Below, piece by piece: positions 12,863 to 22,482 of a DNA stretch of 64,000 bases. Positions within the stretch are counted from its first letter, which is position 1. Every line of letters starts with the position of its first letter. Origin of the DNA: Batkoa obscura (lineage: Eukaryota); the NCBI GenBank assembly GCA_030770535.1, contig JASVEC010000020.1, positions 496,001 through 560,000 on the forward strand, written 5' to 3'. Under the pieces are notes generated by a model. That model saw only the letters and a program-made list of their open reading frames with translations. It made no database searches and was not told the origin of the DNA. Position numbers and translations under genes: made by a program.

Positions 12863-14215
12863 TTAAACATATTTATTAAAAATCGAACTATATTCATCCA
12901 TATATTTCTCTAGATAGTCACCTGTATTTGTGATGTGAAATGATTTTAGATTTTTATAATGCTTTAAAATATACTCAATGAAAATTTCGGAATTTAAATC
13001 ATAGTAATTATAAAACATTACATTAGTTAGGCCATGGTTCAATGTCAACTCATTTTTACTAACTATTGGTGATGGTCCAAAGTCAAAATCACAGTCTGAT
13101 ATCTCAAGGTTATGTAATTTAGGACATAGAGTATACAAGAAAGTAAAAAAATCATTTCCTAAAGTAAAGCTTGTAATAGACAATTTTATCAAATTACAAC
13201 TCTTTTTTGGATAAACCTCTTTAATTAAAAATGAAGGATTATTGTATATCATTAAGTTTAAACTTGTGACCGTTGGCATGTTAAATATCGAATGTAGATG
13301 TTTAGTTGAGAGATTATAACAATATTCTATTCTTATTTGATTTAATTTTGGGAATATTCCATCATTTATGACTGTTTTGGATAATTTGACGTCATTCAAT
13401 ATTAATTCTCTTAAATTAGACACCCCGTTGAATACTAATGTAGTATACCTATGATAATATAATACTTTAAGTTTTGGATAATTGCCTAAATTTATGATTA
13501 CTTCGTCTAGATTATCTACCTCTACATATTGGATATGTAACCTTTTTAATTGTGGAAATTCCTTATTCAATAAATAATCGAACTCTTCTGGTTTAATATA
13601 AATACCAATCAATTCAAGCACCTTTAAATTGTCGAATTTATTTAACAAATCCTGAAAATATGGTACTTCATTATCATAATTGTATTTGACTATTAACGAT
13701 GTAATTGTTGATGGCAAATATGGTATTATTGTTGTTTTAAAATAATTATCCAAATTGTCAAGTTCTAGATACTGTAAGTTTTGAAAGATCTCTTTGATAT
13801 TAATTTCATGTGCAAATATGTATTCTTCAGTTGTCATATCATCAATGAAGGTTGTGTAAGTAAGTCCTGTCAGAGGAATATTTTTTAAGTGGTTCCTTTT
13901 TTTTAAATATTTACCTAAATATATGTACAATTTGGTGCTATTTGGGTATACTGAGAAATGCACCGGTAGATTCGAGTATGACCTAAGATCCAAGGTTTTT
14001 ATGTAATGGCCATATTTTTTGTAAGCTTCTTTCACTTTTCTATTATCATTATAGTATGAACTTGGGGTTATGTCTCCCCATAGTATGGGCGTTATCGCTT
14101 TATTCCATTCTTTACAGCAAATAAGCAAGTTAAATTTATCCTTATCTGTGAGATGATATAAAACCTCTTTTATCATCTTCCTTTCCAAGTTCTCAAATTT
14201 AAACGAATTCCTCAT
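12863..14215 (-). CDS. F-box/LRR protein (intronless); ATG at 14215
   Basis: MRNSFKFENLERKMIKEVLYHLTDKDKFNLLICCKEW, then LRRs; paralog of the neighbouring genes. Confidence 0.82.
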   Translation of the reverse strand: MRNSFKFENLERKMIKEVLYHLTDKDKFNLLICCKEWNKAITPILWGDITPSSYYNDNRKVKEAYKKYGHYIKTLDLRSYSNLPVHFSVYPNSTKLYIYLGKYLKKRNHLKNIPLTGLTYTTFIDDMTTEEYIFAHEINIKEIFQNLQYLELDNLDNYFKTTIIPYLPSTITSLIVKYNYDNEVPYFQDLLNKFDNLKVLELIGIYIKPEEFDYLLNKEFPQLKRLHIQYVEVDNLDEVIINLGNYPKLKVLYYHRYTTLVFNGVSNLRELILNDVKLSKTVINDGIFPKLNQIRIEYCYNLSTKHLHSIFNMPTVTSLNLMIYNNPSFLIKEVYPKKSCNLIKLSITSFTLGNDFFTFLYTLCPKLHNLEISDCDFDFGPSPIVSKNELTLNHGLTNVMFYNYYDLNSEIFIEYILKHYKNLKSFHITNTGDYLEKYMDEYSSIFNKYV

Positions 14216-14887
14216 ATTGGACCTAGTCAAAGTAAAAAAAATAAAGAAATAAAATGTTATGTTTCTTTATATACTCAATGATGTTTCATTATGCGTAAGG
14301 TGATGTATAAAATATGCATAAATTAATTTAATAAGATTGCTCCATGAAAATTTCGCAGCTGGTTTAGCATGAAGTCATATCTAATTATAATTTTATGTAA
14401 TCAATTGAGGGTAAAATTTATAGTCACTAAAATTTTTGCATGGCAAAAAAATTAATAGGGCTAAAAAATGATGCTCATTAACTTTGATCTCATTATCAAA
14501 TTCATAGTTTTGGAACAAAGTCTGGTACGCAAAAAGCTACTATCAACAATAACAATAAATTAGCTTTATATGTTTACCATTATATAATCTAAATCTATTG
14601 AAATTCTTCCTCTCAAAGTATTCTTGTAAACACTATAAGAAAGCTTCCAAAAGAGATCTAAACTCTGACAATTTTAAACAATTTAAATTTATTATTAAAG
14701 TATATTCAAAGTAAATTAATAAAAGTTGCTTAGAATAAATATTCCAAAAAACTTAAATTTAGCATAACATTATAACATAACAATATATCAGATATTTAAT
14801 TGGACTTTAATATAAAAAGCCATATATTAATTAAATGCAATCTAAAAATAGTTCTTTTTAATTATTTTAGTTTTTTTAATTCAAATA

Positions 14888-16225
14888 ATGATGGGCAATA
14901 GCTTTAGACTTGAGTGTTTGGAAATAAGTATGATTAAAGATGTACTATATCATCTCACAGATAAGGACAAAATTAACTTACTTTTATGCTGTAGAGTATG
15001 GAATAAAATAATATTACCTATATTATGGGAAGACATCGTTTCAGATCACCATCACAGGTATAACGAAGAAATGAGGAAAGCTTTTGAAAAATATGGTCAT
15101 TATATCAAGCATTTAGATTTCATAAAGTTTCCAAAACTGCCAATTCATCCCTTGATGTATCCAAATAGTAGAAAACTTTTTTTACCTCTTGAAAATTATC
15201 TAAAACATATAGAACATTTTAAAAATATCCCATTAATAGGCCTTTCTTATACAAACTTTGCTGATGATATGACAATCGAAAAATACATTTCTGCTAATAA
15301 AATATGTATAAAGAAAATATTTCAAGATTTAAGACATATAATAGTTTTGACTCCAAACAAGTATTTTACAAAGTCAATAGTACCTTGTTTACCATCAACC
15401 GTTACTTCTCTACTAGTTGGATTTCATACTTACGATAAATCTTCATGTCTTAACTTTCTATTAGATAATTTTAATAACTTAAGAAGTCTTAGGCTGGTTT
15501 CTCTCCATATCAAATTAAGCGATTTTAATCTTCTACTAAACAGGGAGTTTCCCCAATTAAATCATCTACATATCGAATTCATATATATAGATGCTTCAAA
15601 TGGGTTATCTATAAATTTATACAATTACCCAAAACTCAAGACACTTTATTATAGGGAAAACTTCACATTGATATTTAGTGGAGTATCACATTTGAAAAAA
15701 TTAACATTAAATGACACTAATCTATCCAAAACAATAGTAAATAATGAAGTGTTCCCAAAGTTAAATCAATTAACCTTAGGGTTTTGTGATTCTATTTCGT
15801 CCAAGTGTTTATATTCAATATTTGATATGTCAACAATCACTTATTTAGATTTAACGATAGAAAATTACTTAATATTTCTGGTTAAAGAAATTTATCCAAA
15901 AAAGAATAATATAATAACATTGAAAGTCCGTGGCTTAACTCTAGGGAAAGATTTTATTGATTTTTTGTATATGTTGTGTCTTAATTTGCAAAATCTTGAG
16001 ATAGTAAATTGTTGCTTTGATATTAGTATACCTTTTTCAAATCATAAAATGATAAAGGATACTAATTTACAAAATGTCACATTCAAATATATTGTATGTT
16101 CCAACTTAAAAAAATTCATAGACCATATTTTAATCTATTTCAAAAACATAAAATCACTTAATTGTATAAGTTTAAAAGACACAAATTTTTATGCAGAGTA
16201 TAAAACTGAACCTGACTTCTTGTGA
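14888..16225 (+). CDS. F-box/LRR protein (intronless)
   Basis: FRLECLEISMIKDVLYHLTDKDKINLLLCCRVWNKIILPILW, KYGHYIK, LRRs. Confidence 0.82.
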   Translation: MMGNSFRLECLEISMIKDVLYHLTDKDKINLLLCCRVWNKIILPILWEDIVSDHHHRYNEEMRKAFEKYGHYIKHLDFIKFPKLPIHPLMYPNSRKLFLPLENYLKHIEHFKNIPLIGLSYTNFADDMTIEKYISANKICIKKIFQDLRHIIVLTPNKYFTKSIVPCLPSTVTSLLVGFHTYDKSSCLNFLLDNFNNLRSLRLVSLHIKLSDFNLLLNREFPQLNHLHIEFIYIDASNGLSINLYNYPKLKTLYYRENFTLIFSGVSHLKKLTLNDTNLSKTIVNNEVFPKLNQLTLGFCDSISSKCLYSIFDMSTITYLDLTIENYLIFLVKEIYPKKNNIITLKVRGLTLGKDFIDFLYMLCLNLQNLEIVNCCFDISIPFSNHKMIKDTNLQNVTFKYIVCSNLKKFIDHILIYFKNIKSLNCISLKDTNFYAEYKTEPDFL

Positions 16226-16599
16226 GCAATTATCTGTATTAGAATTTTTATAACTCAGTATTGTAGAATGTTAAGGGATTCCAATTGATTGTGTATTTGA
16301 TATAAAAATAAATTTAGTTTTAATTTGTTTTAAATTTAACATATACCTATCTTATTAGTTTATTTCAAATTGACGTTTTTAGATATTTCAATTATTGTTA
16401 TTTGTTATTTCATAAATAAACTACTTTTGAAAAATATTTATTTAAAGTTTAGACTATAAAGCAATTTATGATATCAATTTTTTTCGAATATCTAAATTAA
16501 AATTTAAACTAAAGTTATAATATAAAAAACGTTTGAATTTTCGTAACTGAAGATATAGTCTTTTCTTCTAACCTCTGTATTACCTAATGTAGCTCATAG

Positions 16600-16945
16600 C
16601 AGCTTATATTTTACTCCTAATAGTCCCTATTTTTATCCTCCTTGAATGCAAAAATCCCTAGACAAAACCTGGAACCTTTTTATTAATCTCTTTTGAAAAA
16701 GCAGAATTACATTAGATAAAATTCCATGCATGTTTTTGTAATTGTTATGACTATACTGCACTGTACTAAATGCTAACTTCGAACTCTCTTTGTTTTGATA
16801 GATAAAATTCTTGTAGTTATTCAGTCACTCAAAAGGGTAAAGCATTGGCGTCCATAGTGTTTTTGAGATATTAGATAAAACAGCTTTTGTTAAAAACTAT
16901 TGCTGTATGGCTTTCACTATTATCAAATATGATTATCGTTCTATA
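16600..16945 (-). mobile_element. Possible decayed pogo/Tc1-mariner-type DDE transposase fragment
   Basis: Minus frame RTIIIFDNSESHTAIVF...NALPF*VTE*LQEFYLSKQREFE resembles the DDE_1 pattern LLxDNxxxH...LPxxxTxxLQPxD; several stops; matched by eye only. Confidence 0.3.
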
Positions 16946-17029
16946 AAACATAAATTACAATAAGTTACCAATGATTTGAATTCAATATATAAAATTAAAA
17001 AATTAAAAAATTAAAAAAGAATAAAAGAT

Positions 17030-18060
17030 CATATTTTACTAAAAATTATGTAATATTTCTCCATATACCGCTAGATAACCATCCGGATGTGAAACTTCAA
17101 ATGACCCTGTATTTCAATAATGCTTTGAAACATAGTCAATCAAAATACTTGAATTCAAACTGTGTTAGTTTTAAATGCAGTGTTAGTTATAGTATGAGTT
17201 GATGGCATTTCTCCTCTACTAATCAAAAATGATGGATCAATATTAAATTATAGCCTGATACTTTGGTTTTCTGTGAACTAGAACATGAAGTATATATAAA
17301 ACTAAGAAAATCGCTTCTTAGAGTGAAATGTTCAGTATCTAGAATTATCATAATACTACTCTTTTTTGGATGAAGCTCTCTAATTAGAAGTGAAAAGTTA
17401 TGATATATTGATAATCTCAAACAGGTAATTGTTGATATATTAAGTATTGGATACAGACACTTAGTTGATACATTAAAGGAGTATTTTAACTCTAATTTAT
17501 TTAATTTCAGAAATGTCTTTTTGTTTATAATTTGACTACTTAAAGTGTAATTAAATAACTTTAATTTCTTTAAGTTTGATGTTCTAATAAATTACACTAC
17601 TGAATAATCCTAAATATGAAGTGCTTTAATCTCTAAACAACTTCCTAACTTTATATATATCTTCCAGTTTACTTATACTCAAACGCTGAATACGAAGTCT
17701 TTTTAATTGTGGAAACCGTTTATTTAACATAAAGTTAAATCCTTCCAGCTCAAGGTCAATGTTGTCTAGTTCAAGTACTTTTAGATTATCAAATCTATTT
17801 ATCAAGCTTTCAAAAAATGGCATCTAATTATCGTCAATACATTTTAACAGCAACGATGTAACAGTTGATAATAAATAAGGTCTTGTTGATATTACAAAAT
17901 AATTATCTATGTAATCTAGGTTTAAATAATTAAATCTCAAAATATTTTTTATTAACTTGATTTTTGAATACATATTTCACAACTGACATAGAACAAACAA
18001 ACATTGTATAGCAAAGGCCCACTAATAGAATATCTTGCAGTTGATATATATTTTTTAAAT
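17030..18060 (-). pseudogene. F-box/LRR pseudogene, 5'-truncated next to a MITE pair
   Basis: Fragments LINRFDNLKVLELDNI...FPQLKRLRIQ and LIRELHPKKS...FTLRSDFLSFIYTSC match 12863..14215. Stops and frameshifts; similarity ends at the MITE at 18065. Confidence 0.85.
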
Positions 18061-18064
18061 ATAT

Positions 18065-18160
18065 GAGGATTTTTTTTTTGGTTTCATTACTTTTTCCATT
18101 TTTTGAGCGTTATTTGAGCGGAAAGATTGTTAATAAAATTAAACAAAAAAATACATCCCC
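18065..18160 (+). mobile_element. MITE-like element
   Basis: ATAT|GAGGATTTT...ATACATCCCC|ATAT. Confidence 0.85.
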
Positions 18161-18197
18161 ATATTATTGTTGTAGATTTATTTTTTAAACCTGATAT

Positions 18198-18299
18198 GGG
18201 AGTATTTTTTTGGGTTCATCTTCACTTTTTCCACCTTTTAAGCGCTATTTGGAATGGAAAATTTGTTAGTAAAATTCTTAAACACAAAAATACATTCCC
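18198..18299 (+). mobile_element. MITE-like element (tandem neighbour)
   Basis: ATAT|GGGAGTATTT...ATACATTCCC|ATAT. Confidence 0.85.
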
Positions 18300-18583
18300 A
18301 TATCAAAGTAATTGAATATATTTTTTAAGTCAACAGTAAAAATTGAAATAATAATTAGTTGAGTCCAATGCTGTATCAATTTTGATTAAAAGTCACTAAT
18401 TAATATAAATATCCTGTAATCAAGAGTATAATAACTTATGATATTAGAAGATGATAGAGGATATGAAATAAATATCAATATTATAAATCAAAGAAAACAG
18501 ATTTCTTTGTATTTAAAATTAACTCTTAAGACTTAATCAAATTCAATTAACTAATCAGATTAAAAACTTGTATTATTATAACA

Positions 18584-18585
<2 letters not shown>

Positions 18586-18631
<46 letters not shown>
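18586..18631. repeat. (AAT)n microsatellite
   Basis: About 15 uninterrupted AAT units, intergenic. Confidence 0.9.
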
Positions 18632-18976
18632 TGTTATTTAATAGTAAATCAAATTAATAGCATGATTGCTTATTAAACCAAGGAGAGAAAATGAGATATT
18701 AAAAAAAGTAACTGAAATTTTAAATTAAAATTAGCAGTAACTAAATTACAATAGCATAATTTAAGACAATTTCAACTAAATTTTAGTTAAAAGAAACGTT
18801 AAGATTGATTGATTGACTTTCGAAACTCCAAAAATAGTCAATAAAGTAAAGTTGAGAAAATAATAAAAACTCAAAAAAATTCAAAGACTATAAAAGTATA
18901 TATACAATATTAATTTCTTTTTAACAAAACTAAACTTGATTTAAAAGAAAAGTTCATTTAAAATATTTCATTACGA

Positions 18977-20281
18977 ATGCTAATATCATTACCTATTGTA
19001 TGTTTATTTATATATTTAAATCTCACTTATTCTTTAACTGATATTCCATTATCTATTAATGAAACAGATAATCGAATTATTGATTATACATCCACCAATG
19101 TTACTTTAACTAACCCTTCTCAAACTGTATTAAAAGAAGAAGAGAATGGTGATAATTGGATCGATGATGATGATGACGAGGACGATGATAATGATAATGA
19201 TAATGATAATGATAATGATGATGATAATGATAATGATGATGAAGGAGAATGGGATAGTAATGATAATAGACCACCCCATGAAAATATCGACTATCCATCA
19301 AGACCCTTATTAGAACAAATTCCAATTGATATTGATCCAGCATTGCCACCTCATGGTCATCGACCTAATAAACCTCATCAACACCAACCAAAACCTTCAC
19401 ATCAGCCCAATCAAGTTCATCAACCAAATCACCATCATGGACATCATCATCATCCCCATCGACCCCATAGAAAAGGGATTTGTTCTTTTTCTAGAATTGA
19501 AAATGAAATTGGTGTATTGAGAATTGGTAATAGATATTCAAATGATTATAGTGGATTTGCATTAAAAAGAGGGAAATTTTGCAATCGAGGAGAATATTGT
19601 CCATATGCTTGTATAGAAGGTTATTATTCATCACAATATATTATTCAACAAAAACATGATTTAAAAATAATCAAACCTGGATTATACTGTAATCGAAATT
19701 CAAAATTGGAGAAAGGTTTAAATTTACCTTTATGTTTAAAAGGTTATAATAATGTATATTTACGTAGTAATCAAAATAATTTATTATGTAAAGCAGTTTA
19801 TCCCGGGAATTTAGATACTTTAATACCAATTCCATTAGACTATAAAGTAAAATCATTAACTACAATCCCTTTCAATATAGATTATAATACATTTTCACTA
19901 TATTATTTAAATTTGCCTCAATTTAATGAAAAGTGTGAATGGGGTACTAAATATAAGCCAAATGGTAGTTATGCTCCATATATAATTAAGATAGCCGAAA
20001 AGAATGACGGATTAATTGAATTTATATTGAAATGGAATATTAAGTTTATAGAAAACAATATGAAGTCCAAATATTATCCTTATTTATTAGATATTAATGT
20101 AGCTTGTTTAAACCCCAATAATAATAATCGAGCTTATTGTAATTCAAGATTATGTACATTTACAAGAGATAGTAATAATGATTATGTTTGTAAATTATTG
20201 TTACCAAAATATTTAAAATTGGTAATTGATTTGAAATCAAATTATAATTTACTTTATGGTAAAAATAATACTTCAAATTAA
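18977..20281 (+). CDS. Secreted SUN-family (Sim1/Uth1/Nca3/Sun4-like, GH132-related) cell-wall protein with Asp/Asn and His/Pro-rich linker
   Basis: Signal peptide; CSF...FCNRGEYCPYACIEGYYSSQ...PGLYC...LCKAVYPGN...YYLN...CEWG Cys pattern typical of SUN domains. Confidence 0.72.
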   Translation: MLISLPIVCLFIYLNLTYSLTDIPLSINETDNRIIDYTSTNVTLTNPSQTVLKEEENGDNWIDDDDDEDDDNDNDNDNDNDDDNDNDDEGEWDSNDNRPPHENIDYPSRPLLEQIPIDIDPALPPHGHRPNKPHQHQPKPSHQPNQVHQPNHHHGHHHHPHRPHRKGICSFSRIENEIGVLRIGNRYSNDYSGFALKRGKFCNRGEYCPYACIEGYYSSQYIIQQKHDLKIIKPGLYCNRNSKLEKGLNLPLCLKGYNNVYLRSNQNNLLCKAVYPGNLDTLIPIPLDYKVKSLTTIPFNIDYNTFSLYYLNLPQFNEKCEWGTKYKPNGSYAPYIIKIAEKNDGLIEFILKWNIKFIENNMKSKYYPYLLDINVACLNPNNNNRAYCNSRLCTFTRDSNNDYVCKLLLPKYLKLVIDLKSNYNLLYGKNNTSN

Positions 20282-20402
20282 ACTATTTTATTTTATTTTT
20301 GTTTTTGTTTGTTTTTATTTTATTAAAAAAATAGTCGAATTATTTTTATTTTATTTTATTTTATTTTTGTTTTTACTTTGTTTTATTTTACTTTATTTTA
20401 TT

Positions 20403-21999
20403 TTATGGTATAAATAACTTCTCTTTAATTTTGACTATCAACGCTCGTACCATAAATTGATCCCTTGCTAATGTTCTAACATTCTATTTTATTTATGTTT
20501 TATTAATAAAAATTATTATATCATTTATTATAATTATCTGTTATAATATATTACCTTAAAATAAACCTTTGAAGTAATTCTTTGAGAACTTAAAGCCATA
20601 GATAATTCATGATAAGTATCTTCAAATGCATTCTCCTCAGCAATTAATTGAACTAATCTAATTAAAATATTAGTATTAATGTTAATTTATTTATTTAATA
20701 AATAAGTAAATAAATAAATTATTAATTAATTATTAATATACTTACTGTTTATACAATTTATTTTTATCAAAACTTAAATTATTAATTGTAATTTCAGGTA
20801 ATTGATTTAAATAATCACAATTTTTTTCTAATATATTGATATTATTGGTTAATATTTTAATATTATCATCAGATTGTATCTAAAAAAATAAAAATAAAAA
20901 TAAAAATAAAAATTAATAAATATAATATACATTTAATAAATATAATATATATTATTTTTTCATATAATAATTTACTTACATTAATCATTTGTAATTGTCT
21001 TATTGAATCATTAATATCATAATTATTTTTATTTAATTTTTGATTATCAATTTCAATTTTATTTCTTAATTGATTATTGGCTAAATTAAACTTTTCAAAT
21101 CGATGACTTAATTTTTGATATAATTTTAATTGTAGTTGATTAATATCGCCAATCGGATTATCTAAATCCATCAAATTAAGTTGATTTTCTTTATTTATTA
21201 ATATTGATGGTGGCCTTGGCGCTTCAAATAATTTAGGACTTTGCTGACTTTCATTACTACTTCCCTATATTATTTTAATATAAAAAATTAAAGTTAATAT
21301 TATTAATTAATTTTAAAATTAAACTAAATTAAATTATCCTTTACATGTGAATTAGACCTTTCATTATTAGATATATTTTTAGCCCTGTTTTTTAAATTAC
21401 TCAAAGATATTCTAGGAGGAATAGGTGGAGGAGGTCGACTTAGTAATGGTGGATTGATAGAAAATATATTCTTCATTATATTAATTAATTGTAACAAATT
21501 ACAGTGATTAAATTTATATGGCCACTCAATTAAATAACTATGCAAAAAATAACCTTCTTGATTAACATGTTTACTAATTTGAATTTGCATATCTGCTGTT
21601 GGATTTAACATTGGTACCGGCGCTACTTTAGGATACTCTTTAGGTAGCCATATTTTGATTGGCATATGATAGACCCGTGACTCATAATTGATGGCTATAG
21701 TACCAATTAATAATACTAAATATTCCGAAACACTGGGATTTAATGCTAATTTAAGGATAAGTAATTGTTTTTCTTTTAGATGTAAAATCATTTATTAGAA
21801 TTGTATTTATTCTTACTTACTTGATAATGTAATGCTTGGTCGTAAAGTGGGATTTTTATTTATAGTTAATATAAGATGAGAATATACTGTATTATGTTCA
21901 GGATATATCTAATTTATTAATAATGTTAATTAATTATGCTTATAATCTTACTGAAGCTATCGAATTCCTTAGCCTATTTTCTTCAATTGTATGAGACAT
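20403..21999 (-). CDS. VPS23: ESCRT-I subunit Vps23/TSG101 (multi-exon)
   Basis: UEV domain (LIGTIAINYESRVYHMPIKIWLPKEYPKVAP), PPPIPP linker, coiled coil, C-terminal AEENAFEDTY...VRTLARDQFMVRALI. Confidence 0.87.
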
Positions 22000-22482
22000 G
22001 ATAATAATAATGATGATAATGATAATTAGTTAAAAAATTTATAGAAATAATATGAAAAATGATTATTTTTTGTAGAAATTCAATTTGGTCATTTCCAATT
22101 TATGAATATTTTGGTGCAATTATTAAGTTTAATTATAGAAATTAAAAATGATTGGCTTAAATTATTACAAATGATGAGTTTTTAAATTAGTTCATTAGCA
22201 TTAATTGATCCCTTTTATATGGTAGAATTATAGCAATTTCAGTATGTAAATAAAATAGTACTGAGTATTATTTAAAATAAATAATAGAATATTAAAAATC
22301 AATATCAGAATAAAATTCTTTAAATATTAAAAAAGGTCAAATCTATAATAATAAATTTAATATGTTTGTTTTTTATAAAATAAAGCAAATCAAGTTAATA
22401 ATACTCTACATGACATTAAAAATGAATTAACATGGAATAACTATATTCTTCAAAAGACACAAGTATCACACCTAAAAAGTAT

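Noticed and set aside
14216..14230. TTG/GTG starts in the ORF track (e.g. 14230, 44365, 42041, 47311)
   Set aside because: Eukaryotic genes; in-frame ATGs or upstream exons explain the N-termini.
18065..18299. Repeats as a CRISPR array or SINE
   Set aside because: Eukaryotic context; copies are dispersed in both orientations with TIRs and TSDs; no regular spacers, Pol III boxes or poly-A tail.
18127..18315. Short ORFs 18127..18315, 25882..26109 and 37090..37290 sharing GKFVSKILK-like or KPKKHP-like peptides
   Set aside because: Chance translations of MITE copies.
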